From the human T2T-CHM13v2.0 reference genome, Homo sapiens, in the NCBI RefSeq assembly GCF_009914755.1, contig NC_060927.1: a DNA stretch of 64,000 bases. One strand, 5' to 3'. The notes beneath the pieces are model-generated. The model saw nothing but the letters and a program-made list of their open reading frames with translations, was not told the origin of the DNA and searched no databases. Within the stretch, counting starts at the first letter, position 1. Every line of letters begins with the position of its first letter. This document shows, piece after piece, positions 43,431-57,390 of the stretch. Made by a program: the position numbers and the translations under genes.

Positions 43431-45016
43431 TTGCACTAAATTTTAAACATATAGCATAAATTTTAGCATATAGTATACTTATATGCTAACCTATGACAAA
43501 GAAAAAATAATTTGGGGTACTTGTCAAGATTTAAGTCATTTTAATTTTAATGTCAGAACAGTGACAGGTACAGTACAGTGGTTTCACAGGCTTGGAGGAA
43601 CGTAAGTGATGGAGAAGGCAGGAGAGTGAAGTTAAGGAGGTGGCAGATAGACAATGCTTAGTTCCACTTGAGACATTGTCACCAGACCTGCTGGCAACTG
43701 TACTGAAGATCATTCTATGCTAGATATGGAAGGCATGGGGTGGCATGGGAGTAAAAGGGAGGACAACCCAGATAGTGAGGAAAAAATAAGAGCGTGCTGC
43801 CCGTCAGCCAAAGGTATCTCATACTACTTCACCAGAGTTGTATGGATACTGCAAATCACACACTATTCTCAGGCATTTGTGGGGAGCAACAAAACCAGGA
43901 GTGTCATCTTCCAGAACCAGACACATGGTGATTGGAAGATGTAACAAAAATAGAATATGCACCAACATTCAAGATGTTCACTGTAGCTACCACATGAATT
44001 CCATTCTGCTTTAGATGTCTCCATTGTATTTTATGGCATTATGTGGTATAAAATTAGAAAATTTCATTGAGCAACAACTAAGACTTATGAACTCATATGC
44101 TAAGGATACGTAGATTTTAGTTAAGTATTTTAATTATTTATCTAATAAGCATTAATTAAAGAAAGACACAGAATATATGACAGAATTGAATTCAATTAAC
44201 AATCATCAAGAACCAAAGTTCAGAAATAAAGGTAAAAGTTTTTTGAAACTATTATGTGAGTCATATGAGAAATTATTTGACTATAACAATTCAAGTTTCG
44301 TATTAAGTTTTAGAAACACATACAGCAAAGTTTACCTAAAGCAAAGCAGAAACACTATTTTTTTACTCCATTAATTTATAACTTTTGATTATTTTGATAG
44401 GTGGTTAAGAGTATGTTTTATTTCATAAAAATATAATTTTTTTAAAAAACGGAAACTAATATAAATTACATTATTGGGAACATCTTGAGCTTAGGTAAGA
44501 TAACATTAGTTTCAGGCACAATTGAAAATATCTCTCTGTGTACATATATCTCAATAAAAAATAAGAATTTATGCAGAAATGTTACTTGAAAATTGGCAGA
44601 TTAAATATACAAGTTAGAAACAATGAAGTAAATTCCATACTTACTAATAATTGATTTTAAAAGGAGTAAAAGCCTAAATTTTGAAACTCAATGTTTTCAT
44701 TATATTGGTTTTAACTAGAACTGTTTTAAAGTCATGCATTAGAGGTCACTGCTCTTTAAATGAACAAAATTGATAGATTGTGAATTTTAATTCCTGTCTG
44801 GGGTGTCTATGTCTGCAAGAAAAAGAGCAAGTGACAAACAAACAGGTCTGTGCAGGACAGCTCTATCACAGAAACACTGGAACAATTAAAAATCCTATTC
44901 TATTACTTAAAATGGATCCTCAAAGATCTCTCCCCTTTTACTTAGTATAAAAAGGTACACATTCTAATAGATAAAGCCATTTTCCTTTAAACTACTTTGG
45001 AAACCAAATTTTCATT

Positions 45017-45202
45017 AATCCTATATGTCTTCTACCCTCTTTAATTACCCTCAAATCATTCCAATTGTATTTTCTGACTTCTGGTCTTAAACTGGAAGAA
45101 CCAACTAAAAATCCTATATGTCTTCTACCCTCTTTAATTATCCTCGAATCACTCCAATTGTATTTTCTCATTTTTGGTCCTAAACTGGAAGAACAAACTA
45201 AA
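45017..45202 (+). repeat. 93-bp tandem duplication in intron 7
   Basis: aatcctatatgtcttctaccctctttaatta... starts at 45017 and at 45110. Confidence 0.92.
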
Positions 45203-45267
45203 AAGCATTTTCTAAGTGATATATCTGAAATTATTGGCATAGGTTAATGAAAATAAGATTGACTTAC

Positions 45268-45360
45268 CCACAAATTTCATATAAACTAGTCCAAGTAATT
45301 GTGCTAGAGCTAAGATACTCAAACCTGAAATCAGAAGAGGGCCATGCATTGGTATACACG
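45268..45360 (-). CDS. CD47: CD47 exon 7 (93 nt), (A)CIPMHGPLLISGLSILALAQLLGLVYMKFV, TM5
   Basis: ttttacag|CGTGTATA...TTTGTGG|gtaagt; phase 1-1. Confidence 0.98.
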
Positions 45361-46127
45361 CTGTAAAAACAAATAAAATTCTGTATTAGAAAAGCATATG
45401 AAATAACTTACTAAAAAACAGTAATAATCCCAAGTTTTAAGAGAGTTATTCTAATGATCAAAAAACAAAAATTATCCATATATGTTTATTAACTTAACCA
45501 GTAAAATGACTCAAAATTATTAGAAGAACAAAGCCCTCCTTTGCATAACACATACCTTATCATATCAAGAAATGGGAACTGGTGTTTCAAGTCTAAGGCT
45601 CCAACCAATTTGAGCCCAGTTATTTTAAAAGCTCTTCCACAAATACAGGCATATCAGTTTGGGTGCTAGAACAATCAGCCACCAAGCCATATATACAGCT
45701 AATATCTTTGTAGCGAGGAGGAAAGCACTATTACCACTGGGGTAAATTGGAAGTTTAAAAAGAAAAGCTCAGAATGCTAAATGCTGTCAAGTATATGAAT
45801 GAACAAAAACTCTTATTTATTGGTGGTGATAATACAAAATGGTACAGCTATTTTGATACAGAGAGTTTGGCAGTTTATTTCAACATACTCTTTACAGTCC
45901 CGTAATTGCACTCCTTGGTATTTGCCCAAATGGAATTGAAAACTTATGTCCACATAAAAATATCCATGTGAATGTACTTTCCACTCAATTTTGCCATGAA
46001 CCAAAAACTGCACTAAAAAAAAAAATCAAGTCTATATATTTTTAAAAAGAGAGAAAGAAAAAGAAAAAGGAAGAAGAGCTCTGTCCAAAAGTAACCCAAA
46101 TTAGGTCTACAGAAAGATGACTCTTAC

Positions 46128-46220
46128 CCGCAATACAGAGACTCAGTCCAACCACAGCGAGGATATAGGCTATCACCTGAATAACCAATATGGCAATGAC
46201 GAAGGAGGTTAATCCAATCG
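46128..46220 (-). CDS. CD47: CD47 exon 6 (93 nt), (A)IGLTSFVIAILVIQVIAYILAVVGLSLCIA(A), TM4
   Basis: ctccag|CGATTGGA...ATTGCGG|gtaaga; visible inside track ORF 46042..46257. Confidence 0.98.
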
Positions 46221-47242
46221 CTGGAGGAAGGAAAAGGATGTAACAGAAGCATGTCAAGAGTATTTAAAAAGCAATAACTTCCACTTGCATTTGGTATAAT
46301 CAGGGATCTCCTAAGACCAAAGACTGACTCTGGAGTTCATTGTTTGACGGTAGATGTTAACTCAGTGATCTAACCCTTCCACACAAGTAGTCAGCTCCAA
46401 ATTCACACATTCGGCAGCCTTTAATTTTCACAGTCAGCTAAGCTGGACTGGAAGTTTTTACCCTAAATCTTAGAACAATGCTGCTTTTACCACACTTGTG
46501 CATTTTACAATATGAATGGCTATTATGAATGTCTTCTCCACATGCACATGGAATTGCTCTTGCTGAGGGAACCATTATGCAAATACCTGACTGTAAACAT
46601 CATGCTCTCTATCTCTAGATGTCATTTTATAACAAACTAATACCTTTCCAATGTACAACGAGCCAGAGATAGGCTCCAAGACCAAGTGTTAAATGTGACT
46701 CTTTAATAGTAATAACTAAATATGGTAGTGATCTACTTTCAAAATGCAGTGAAAATGATACTGATTATAGTTTGGATTTCCATACCATCTCTTAAAACTA
46801 CAGTATTAAGGTTTGCTAATAATTAAAACAAATATGTTTCTACTATTTGTGATTCATAATTCCATTTTATAGAACCAGTCTTCTTAATGCAGAAGCAGAA
46901 GCTTAGCAAAAGAAGAGAAAGACTGCGTTTAACATCCACTTATAACTTCAAAAAACTGAAATTAGAATATGAAAATAATCATTAAGAAGTTATATGGCAT
47001 AATTTAAAATTATGCTGATTGGCATCAAATACATATGAAAGTCACTTTTTACAAAACAGCTAACCTAGAATAACCTTAAAATTAATATGAATGGGAAAAT
47101 GTCACTAAGAATAGCATGAAAAATCTTTTAATAAACCTACTCTTATTGAGTTGTAAAAAATTTATATGAGCATTTTCACCAAAACTGCTGTTTTGTAAAT
47201 GAAAAAGGTAGACAAAATCATACTGTAACAATGAAAACTCAC

Positions 47243-47335
47243 CTGTACTAAACACATAGTAGTGAAGTAATATTAATATCCCTGTAGAAGTCACAATTAA
47301 ACCAAGGCCAGTAGCATTCTTTAATGAATATTCAC
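47243..47335 (-). CDS. CD47: CD47 exon 5 (93 nt), (G)EYSLKNATGLGLIVTSTGILILLHYYVFST(A), TM3
   Basis: gacag|GTGAATAT...AGTACAG|gtgagt; also visible inside track ORF 47082..47342. Confidence 0.98.
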
Positions 47336-47957
47336 CTGTCAATAAATAAAAACATTTAAAATATTTTCCTACATACTTTTTAAATGTACTAATCTAAATT
47401 CTGTGCTTGACAACTGTGAAAATTTTAAAAATATACGTTTCCCTGAAAACCTCACACAAAATTAGTGACTATTTTTTGATTAAGACCAAACTTAAGACAT
47501 CTAAATCTCAACATTTAAGTTTCAACATGCTGAAACCTTGAATTGGCTCTGCCTCCTTCTTAACTAGTTTACAGAATTCCAGTGAGAAACTGTGTATTCA
47601 TCTTTTACTGTTCCCTTCATCTGCTGTATTCAGTATGCCCCAAAGTCAAATCAATTGTTCCTTCAAGTTGTCTTCTGAATTCACCTCCTTCTTCCTGCTG
47701 TCTTCACTAACTTCAGATACCAATAGAGCTGCCAAGCCCATGTTCCTAAATATTACACCTGCACTGCATTCTTCTCCACAAACGATGGTGTGCTATAGTT
47801 ATTAGGTTGAGTCCCAGCCTTCCTTTGCTTTTCTTTACATGTGCTACATATCCTCATTTCCCACTCACATTCCCATCCTCCAAATGCAACTGCCAATTTC
47901 CAGACTTGGTTCCCACATTCATTCTACTTTCATGTCTTGGCCAATGAAGTTTGCCTC

Positions 47958-48469
47958 TGTAGTGAGTTGAATGATGGCCCTAAAATTATTTCTACCTCCT
48001 AATCCCTAAAACCTGTGAATATTACCTAATACAGCAAAAGAGTGAATACTGCATTATATGGCAAAAGATATGATGAAGTTAAGGATCTGAAAGGAGGAGC
48101 TTACCCTGGATTATATGAGTGGGCTCTAATTCCAATGACAAATGTGCTCATAAGAGAGAGGCTGAGGGAGATTTAACAAAAACACAGAGGCAAAGACATA
48201 GAGGAAGGAGGAGGCAATGTGACCAGAGAGGCAGAGGGTGGAGTTATGCTGCCGCAAACTAAGGAATGATAAACACTGTCATTCTTCAGCAAATTCCAGA
48301 AGCTAGAAGAGCCAAGAAATGGATTCTTCCATACAGCCTTGAGAGGGAGTGTGGCCCTGATGACGTCCTGATTTCAGACTTATGGCCTCCAGCATGGAAA
48401 GGGAATTGCTATTGTTTAAGCCACCCAGTTTGTGGTCATCTGTTCCAACAGCCCTAGGAAACTAATGCA
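47958..48469 (+). mobile_element. MaLR LTR (MLT1-type) in intron 4
   Basis: tgtagtgagttgaatgatggccc...ccagaagctagaagagccaag...ggaaactaatgca. Confidence 0.8.
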
Positions 48470-48535
48470 GCCCTCCTCACCTTGGAATGCACTCATCTAC
48501 CTCCTGCGTTCCTGCCTAGGAACTGCACATCTTAC

Positions 48536-48643
48536 CTGGGACGAAAAGAATGGCTCCAACAATGACAATGACAGTGATCACTAGTCCAGCAACAAGTAAA
48601 GCAATTGTTTTCTCATCCATACCACCGGATCTATATTTAAGTG
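48536..48643 (-). CDS. CD47: CD47 exon 4 (108 nt), (T)LKYRSGGMDEKTIALLVAGLVITVIVIVGAILFVP(G), TM2
   Basis: ttttaag|CACTTAAA...GTCCCAG|gtaaga; phase 1-1. Confidence 0.98.
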
Positions 48644-48896
48644 CTTAAAAAAGAAAAACAAAGAATTATATGAACTCAATCACAAGTGAAGCCATTTTAA
48701 TAACTTGTAAGGTACAGAGACAAACTGACAGAAGTACTATAATGTAATAACTTATGAGGAACAACTCCTTAATATCATCAAGTCACCTCACATCTCTTTC
48801 ATAAGCAAATGGATAACGTCACGGCAGTATAAATATGGATGGTGAATTTATAGGTGACACCTTATTTTCCTACACTAACAAATGAGGTTCTATACA

Positions 48897-49116
48897 TCAG
48901 TCTTTCTCGGTTGATGTATTACTAATAAATTGAGCTAGATAAGTTTTTGGGGGGAGGGGGGACACTGCTCTGCATAATATAGAATGTTGAGGAGCATCCC
49001 TGGCCTCTACATACTAGATGCTAGTAACTAGATGCCAGTTATGTTAATCAAACTGTTTTCAGACATTGTCAATGCCCCCGATGAGCAAAACCACTCCAAG
49101 TGACAACACAACACTG
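48897..49116. mobile_element. MER20-like hAT-Charlie element
   Basis: agcatccctggcctctac...ctagatgccag...cagacattgtcaatgcccc. Confidence 0.65.
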
Positions 49117-49877
49117 ATGTACATAATACTAATGGGAAATAATGGGTTAATTAACAATATTGAGAAAAAGAGAATTTTGTCCTACCTTATAAAAAATTAG
49201 TAAACAATCTGGAAATCTAGTTATTTTGTTTTGAAAAAAATGACAGAATAAAACTGGGCAGATTACACCCTTGTGAAATCCTGATGAAGAAAAAAAGCTT
49301 AAATTGTTCAATTAAAATATTTTAATAAAAATAAACTGCAAAGACTCAACGGGATTCATCATACATGTTATTGTTTCTGCTGCTAGCTCCACTGTCAAGT
49401 ATCTCATACCTTCTCTGAAAGAATGGAATGGGTCAATCTGCGAATATTAGTTCTTTTACTATATATGAATCTTTTAAATTTTGGTTAATATTGAAGTTGA
49501 TTTTTTCACCAAGGAAGTTGTTTAAGGCAACCTAAAAGCAAACTGAGTAGCGGAAAGAAACAGCGTGTGATTGAAATGCTGCTGTGTGTCATCCACATAG
49601 AGATAGTCTCCATGACAGTAATCAATTGGTGGCTGTCATGAAGGGGAAAATATTTTAAATGTTATATTTAGCATTTAGTTTTTTTTCTTCTACAGTGACA
49701 AACATTAAATAAAGTAAAAGCAATAAATAAGCCCCTAAATGATTGTGATAAAAATCTATGTTTAAGGTATATGACAGGTACCTAAATATTTCTGGAATTT
49801 CTATCTACCCATAATTTATAACCTCAATTTTAGTCTCTTTATGGGGAGATAAGTCCTAAGCAATAAATAACCAATTT

Positions 49878-49927
49878 ATTAATGTGGATTTCAGTTACAC
49901 AGTTGAGTAACTGAAATCCACATTAAT
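49878..49927. repeat. Perfect 21-bp inverted repeat with an 8-nt spacer
   Basis: ATTAATGTGGATTTCAGTTAC-acagttga-GTAACTGAAATCCACATTAAT. Confidence 0.95.
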
Positions 49928-50417
49928 CAGAGAAGAGAAACCCATATTAATCAGAAAACATCCTATGGCAAGTTCCCCAAGTTTTTATTTGATTCATTAC
50001 TTCCGCCCAGCCCTGGACTTATGTGTCTAATACTCAGTCATAGCCTTGCCTTCTTATAAGGCACAGAGTTTTCATAACTTCCCTATTTTCTAGGCTCAAA
50101 TGCTGGCTAGAATGAAACTGAGTGTATAAGTCACAAAAGGCACATACACAGAAAAAGGAACTTTCTCTAGACATATGTCACATTTTCCATTTTAATCCCA
50201 TATATATTGTTATCTAAATAGAGCTTGAAAGTTCTGCAAAGGGTTATAAAGTAGAAGCTGTTTCAAATGCACCTCACAGTCAATCAAACATTCATAAGAA
50301 ACTCTTCCAGGTTTAAGTCAATGCATAAAAAAGCTACTAAGATCAAGCAACAAGAATTTGCCTTAGAGTACAGTATAATTTCATGGAAAAAGGTTGACTT
50401 ATGTTCTTCTTCTATAT

Positions 50418-50743
50418 TTTTCTTTTTCTTTTCTTTTTTTTTTTTTTTGGAGACAGAGTCTCTCACTCCGTTACCCAGGCTGGAGTGCAGTGGCACAATC
50501 TCGGCTCACTGCAAACTCTGCCTCCCAGGTTCAATGATTCTCCTGCCTCAGCCTCCCGAGTAGCTGGGACTACAGGCATGCGCCACCAGGCCTGGCTAAT
50601 TTTTGAATTCTTTTTTTTTTTTTTTTAGTAGAGACGGGGTTTCACATTGTTGGCCAGGCTGATCTCGAGCTCCTTACCTCATGATCCACCTGCCACGGCC
50701 TCCCAAAGTGCTGGGATTACAGGTGTGAGCCACCATGCCTGGT
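50418..50743 (-). mobile_element. AluS (Sg/Sc-like), intron 3
   Basis: Dimer with an expanded middle T-run. Confidence 0.92.
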
Positions 50744-51036
50744 GACTTACATCCTTCTTAACAAAAATAAGAGTTTGAATCTCATATAAAATTTATCCTC
50801 TTAAGGCTTAGAAGAGCTGTTATAGGAGAAAACAGTGCAAACAATAGCAACAAAAATAAAACATCACAAAATACTACCATAGACAGGGTTCCACCATAAA
50901 ATGGTCCGTCTCTCTTTGAGTATAAGTACACTATATATTGAAAGTAGTTTTGGTTCCTGTTGATTAGTTCAACTACTACTTATTTTCCAGGCCACCTTAA
51001 ACTTTTCCTTAAATTAAGTAGCCATTTCCAACAAAT

Positions 51037-51124
51037 ACACATGTTGAGGATCCCAAGTGTGAAAAAATCTGAAATCCAAAACACTTCTGGTCCCAGGCAT
51101 TCTGGATAACGGACACTCCACCTG
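51037..51124. mobile_element. Tigger4/MER46-like fragment
   Basis: aaaatctgaaatccaaaacacttctggtcccaggcatt...ggataa. Confidence 0.7.
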
Positions 51125-53313
51125 TCTCTGTGGGGTCTACTAATGAAAGAGTATCTCCAGGTTTTCTTCAGTGAATCTTCAGAAAGAGTTTCTTTTGGCT
51201 CATTTTCTTTGCTCACATGGTCACATTTCAGCAGGTACCACAGCTAATGTGGGGTAGGTATCTTGTTGCTAGCCCAGTCGTCAAATTTCTCAGTATAGTG
51301 AAAGGGCAAGGAATTTGATATAATAGATGCCATAGAACCCAATAACCTCAAGGATCTCTTATTGATCTTTTCTTGTCCTTCAGTAAGTGGATTTATCCTT
51401 ATTTATTGAATGTATCAAAACATTAAATGCAGCAAAAAAAATAAATTCAAGTAATTCTCCACTTAGCATTAAGATAAAAATAACTCAATGTGTTGTTAAC
51501 AGCAGGCTCTTATCAAATTTTCTAGTATGACTTTCAGACGGCTTGGCAAGGCAATCTATGTAATTTTTAAAATCTGCATGCTCTTAAGGATTACCCTCAG
51601 CTACAACTACTGAAATCAATACACAAAATAAAGTACATGAGAAATAACAGTAATTACATGCTTAACAAAAAATGTATAACCTTAGTGCTCAGCCTGACAC
51701 AGGAATACCAAGTATCAGGGGAGACAATATAACATTTTTGTGAACAAATTAGGTATTCTAAAATTTTCTTTTATATGTTCTATAAAATAATTAGTAACCA
51801 AAAGCAGGCTACTTCTAAGAAATCTGTTGGGTTGGTTCATTCATCTGTTCTACAAATATTTACTGTGTACCTACAATGTACCAGCCCCTTTTGCTAGTCT
51901 AAATCAAGGAACAAGTAGATTACTTTATTTGACAATAATTGATTGAGCACTATCCATCTATATGACTATCACTATTCTAAATGCTGACAGTGAACACGAA
52001 AAGCAAACACAAGGCCTGCCTCAAGGCCCTTACATTCTAATGGGTGAGTGTGTGTGTTTGAGGGGAGGGGGGTGTGAGTGATGAGTATGTTACTCCCAAA
52101 ACTTCTTTCCCAGTTAAAGAGATGGTGAAGGCCTACTCTACTCTAAGAAAATTCCTTTATGCATTTAATCTTTCAAATTCATGCAGATGAAGCAATGACA
52201 TGTCCCTCTAGCCACCTGAAAAAACAGCTAATGTTATGAATGGACAAGAAGGTTTTCTGATTTTGTGACCAATAGACAGCACATACAAGATAAAATGCAG
52301 GTTGTGACTGATGAAATCTAATGAAATTACCAAGTCAACTTGGGGATAAAATCAAGTCTATCATGCTAAGTTTCCATGACACCCCAAAGACTGGATTTGA
52401 CACACCCATATAGGCTCACACAGACTGCAGTCCATCCAACAAAACCCAAAACCCAAGAATTTAATGCCTGCCCAAAGACATGACATTTGGAGTGATTGGT
52501 AAGTAAGCAGAGAGACAGGAAGGCTTACCAGGCTGATGCGTATCAGACTAAGAATAAATCATAAAGAAAGATGGGTTTGATTTCATTATTACAGTGCTGT
52601 TTTCTGATAACTCTAGGAAAGTAATTTTAGAATATATTTGGTGTCTGTTGAGCTGTAAATGAATATTGTTTTCAGTGCAGAATAAAGCACATCAGACACC
52701 TTTACACATAAAATTACAATTTCATTTTTTAAATTGTTTAAATTTAAATTACTATTTTTCAAGTATCTAATACACTTATTTAACACACACATGCATACAC
52801 AAATGAAAGCTTCTGAAACTGGTACTGGAAAAAAATGAACATTAATACCAATTATAAAATTACTTGACAGAAGACAAGTTAAATCATTTTATAATAATCT
52901 CCATACACTATCCAACTTGCTCTAATGAAACAATTTTGTCACAATGAATACTGACTAGACATCAGTCTATAGGACAGAGATAAAAGAGTCCAGGCTTTGT
53001 GCATCAAGTACTTTGAACATAAAAGATGAAAGAAGAGGATGTCCAACAGACCAAACTTCCTTTTTTTCATTATCAACTTTCCCTGCCTTGTGGATTTCAC
53101 AATTTTTGAGTATATGGAGAAGGTTGTGATGTCTGGATTTGGAAAGGGTCAAGGGATTTCTACAAAAGAGTAAAATGCTGAGCTATAGATTTGTTCAATT
53201 CCTCCTACAATAAAATCAGCACATAAGCACATTATTTAATAACAGAATGTGATCATTATATGGACAGGACCAAGGGAAAGCACTGGGAGTTCAAGATTAT
53301 TGAACAGAATTCA

Positions 53314-53652
<339 letters not shown>

Positions 53653-54097
53653 TTAATAACAAAGTCTTATTACCAGGGGCCATCAACCAGGTCACAGAAT
53701 GATTCTTTGTGATAATATTTATTGTATATTTTACTTTCTTGGATGGAAATTTCCTAGTCCAAGATAGGCTATGTCTTCACTTTTTCAGAATAATTTTTCT
53801 AATCTATGAAGAAATTTCCTGTTCCATTACTTATTTTAAATATGCTTTCATGGCTGAATTACTTTCATTATTAAGCTGTCCTCAAGTCAAAACTCAAGGA
53901 CTTGGTAGGATCTCAAGGTAGTGTAATGAGAACTTTTTTCCTTGAATTTTCTAACAATGATTTCTACAGGAACATCTACTCAAAGACATCTGAGCCGTAA
54001 CCAAAATCTCTGTGGAGTAATTTTGAGCAGGGAGGGGAAAGTTGAAAAAAAAAAATTAAAGATGCCTAGAATACAGTTTTAAATTTGGAATCAAGTA

Positions 54098-55157
54098 CAG
54101 CAGTCCTCACTTTGCACTATTCTGATATGAATTCCAGTTACCATGGTTTAATCAAATAAATCCCTCATAAACAGTCCAAATTTCAATTACCACAATATAT
54201 TAACTGAGTAACTGCATAAAGTACAACTTCACTGCTATTTCTTCAGTTCAAAAATAACTATGTAAATAGCAGATGTCCCATCATGATCAATGATCAACCA
54301 TGTCACTTCTTTTGAAGACTGTTGGTGACTAGTCACTGTACATCTGATATTTAGGTCATGCACAGACAGCAAAGTATGGAGTTTTGTTACCTCCTTGTTT
54401 CCCAGTGATAAACCCATGTGACATTTTATAATGGATAAATCAAAAGAGGAAACTAGGCAAGAAAGATGAAAGAGTAAAGAAATAAAAACTGACAAATGCT
54501 AGGAGTGAAATTTGAATAGACCATAAATGGAGTAAGAGAAGAAATAGCTGATTGTGGGAATGTCGACATTACTGCAATGCAAGAAACTCTAGAGATGAAG
54601 CCAGAAGAACTCAGCGAAGGTGGACTTACTGATATAAATGAGGAAAGTGAGGAGGATGTAACAAAAAGAATAAAGATGTCCCAGAGGAAGTGACTGGCAA
54701 TAAAATAAACTTTAAACATTCAAAAAAACATTAAAGGAATTCTTTCATGACATTGAGAGTGCAAAGGATAAAACGGTAGAAACCGATCCAAACTTAGAAA
54801 GGGGTATGACAATTCACCAAGCCATAGAGAAGATGCTTGCTCTGTATCCAAAGTTATGCAAGAAGAACACACAAGTGTTGTTCAAACTACTCTTGATAAC
54901 ACACTTTCATTCTCGATGTTTCTAATGATTTAATTTACCACATACTAAATACTAGCTTTACTATTTTTCATTTCCCAATGCCGTTGTTATTGATAATAAC
55001 AGAGTTTTTAAGGTTTTAACAACAAAAAAAATTTTAAAGGTCATGGAACAATATAATAATAGTTTTTCCCATTCATCATGAAGATTGTTTTGCAGAATTT
55101 CAGCTTACATGGTCATGTTTATGGTCTTGCGGTTTTGTGCGAAGCCAGTATTGCCTG
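54098..55157 (+). mobile_element. TcMar-Tigger-type non-autonomous DNA transposon
   Basis: TA-flanked imperfect TIRs (cagcagtcctcactttgcac / gtgcgaagccagtattgcctg) and a decayed acidic transposase C-terminus (PEELSEGGLTDINEES). Confidence 0.75.
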
Positions 55158-56349
55158 TATAAAACAAAGTTACAAAGGCAAAGAAAGAACAGATAGGCCT
55201 ATCTCAAAGAATTTCAAAATGTTAGCCAGTTCTTTACATACAGTTGGACCTTAATCCTGCAGGAACTGGAGGACTAGGTGGACAGCACTTAAAATGATAT
55301 CAGAGTGAGAAAGAAGAATCCTGAAAATCAGCCAGGAACTTAATTGTCAGTAGAGTGGCAAACTGTGAGTTGGTGTAGTTTTCAGAACACAAACAAAGCG
55401 TCTGAAATTCAATACTATCAGTTAAGCCTTGGTGTTTGATTCTAGCAATCTCTGAGCTGTTTGCTAAGCATAGAGATTCTGCTTAAAAGTTCCTAAGTTA
55501 AAGCTAAGCTAAAGGTGAAGGTATTTAGGCACATTTCCCTGTAAGAGGCCTTTATCTTTGAAACGTGGTCCAGGGCTCACCAAGTGCTGGCTGGGCTCTG
55601 GGAGTTTAAGAGTCTTCTCAGGCTTCTTCCTCAGTAGGACCAATGGCATCCTGAGACATCTTTCAAGATACAGCTCTGGTATAAAGAAACTCTTTCTCCT
55701 CAGAGTGAGCAAATGAGGGCATAACCTGCTGTCTTTACTGAAAGTTTAGCCTGGTAAAGGTCCAGGTTTGTCTTGGACCACAAAGACTCACATGCAGAGC
55801 TGGAAAAACCACTGAGAGAAATCCCCTGTAGCCAAGTACAGACCATAAATGGTAATCAGGAAAAGTTAAGCAGAACTAGAAATCTATAAAATAAAAGTCA
55901 TGGGTCTGAGTTATTATGAATGCTTTAGAAGATTTACCATACTGGATTCTAAAAAATATACATCTAAGCAGGTGGAGAATAGAGGTGCTTTCTATTTCTA
56001 TTTGGTGGAATGCTCAGGCCATCAACAGAGGCACTAACAGAAAAGTTAGATTTGGATCCATGACTATCTCAAAGATGTGACAAGGCATGGGATGCACATA
56101 CATTCGTGTCTCCCTGGCTTAAATGTGGGTGCTACAAAACCAGGGCAATATGCACATCACACCCACATTTCAGGCATGTAGCTTGGTGTCCAGCAATCAG
56201 TAGGCACCCTGTCACTAGGTATTTGCAGAATAAGTAAACAAATCAGGTCAACATTCTGCTCTCCTAATAAGTTTTAGCTACTCAGTATTATGTGCTTAGA
56301 TATAGGTTCACCCTTCATGGAAATAAAATCCTCAAAATAAATGCAAAAC

Positions 56350-56595
56350 GGGGAGGCAGTACAGTGCAGTGGTAAACAGTACTAGTTCAAATCCCAGTAC
56401 TATCAGGAAACGGCTGGGTGATTGCGGGCAAATTGCCTAATCTATCTGTGCCTGTTTCTTATCTACAAAACGGGAATAACAACAGTGTCTATGCCCATAG
56501 AGTTTCTGGGAGAAATAAATGTCATTTCAGATATAGAGTACTTTGCACAGAACCTGTCAAGCAGAGCAAGAGCTCCACAAATGGTTAGCTACTAT
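56350..56595 (+). mobile_element. MIR
   Basis: gcagtacagtgcagtggtaa...gttcaaatccc...ctgtgcctgtttcttatctacaaaacggg. Confidence 0.7.
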
Positions 56596-56739
56596 TATCA
56601 TCAACACCTTTAAATGTGAGCGCAGGCTGGGTGAATCATGTATAGACATACCTCTTCCATGCACATACACACACATCTACCTGTTTCAAGATGAGCCAAA
56701 ACAAAAAATTCCCACCAAAATATTTCTTTAGGTTTATAA

Positions 56740-57390
56740 GCACGTTCCTTAAAATATGACCAGTACAAAAAATATAAAAAAGAACATTCCACCTTACTAA
56801 CACAAAAATTACAATTACAATAAGATGCTTTTTCACCCATCAAATTTGCAGAGATTTTAGCGTTATAATATCAGAATTATAACTGAGGTGAAAGACAGGT
56901 ATTCTCATCTGCAATAGTAGTTGATACAAACGTTTCTGGAAAACATTTTGCCAGTATGTATCTAGAGTCTTAAAATATCTCTGCCAATTCCAGGCTTCAT
57001 ATCTTTAGCAGAGTTATTTTCATAGTATCAAAAAAATTGGAAACATCCTTAAAATCCATCAAGATGAGAGTTAAGTAAATTATAGTGCATCCACAAAAGT
57101 AGAACACAGGCAGCTATAACAAGATTTCTGAAGACATGGGGGAACATCAGAACGTACAAGCATATAAGCTGTACGAGTCCATTTATGGTTACCTTTTTTT
57201 AAAAAAAAGATAACAAAAATGAATAGAAAAAGACAGAAAGGGAAACAGGAAATTCACCAGAATATACCAATAGTTTATTTCTAGGTTTGGGGACTACAGA
57301 TGAGTTTTTTTTTTTTTTTTTAAATAACTCCCTACTTTGTACGAGGTGTTCTAAAGTGATATGTATGACTTTTTTAAGTCAGAAAAAATA
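56740..57390 (+). mobile_element. Old L1 (L1ME) fragment
   Basis: Degenerate L1 3' motifs (tttctggaaaacattttgccagtatgtatc; aaattggaaacatcc). Confidence 0.5.

Noticed and set aside
44992-45247. ORFs with an internal 31-aa repeat
   Set aside because: By-product of the 93-bp intronic duplication; no splice or coding support.
54500-54900. Acidic protein-like frame (PEELSEGGLTDINEESEED)
   Set aside because: Decayed Tigger-type transposase remnant with stops and frameshifts.
56350-56400. tRNA-like A/B boxes (gcagtggtaa...gttcaaatccc)
   Set aside because: tRNA-derived head of a MIR; no cloverleaf.
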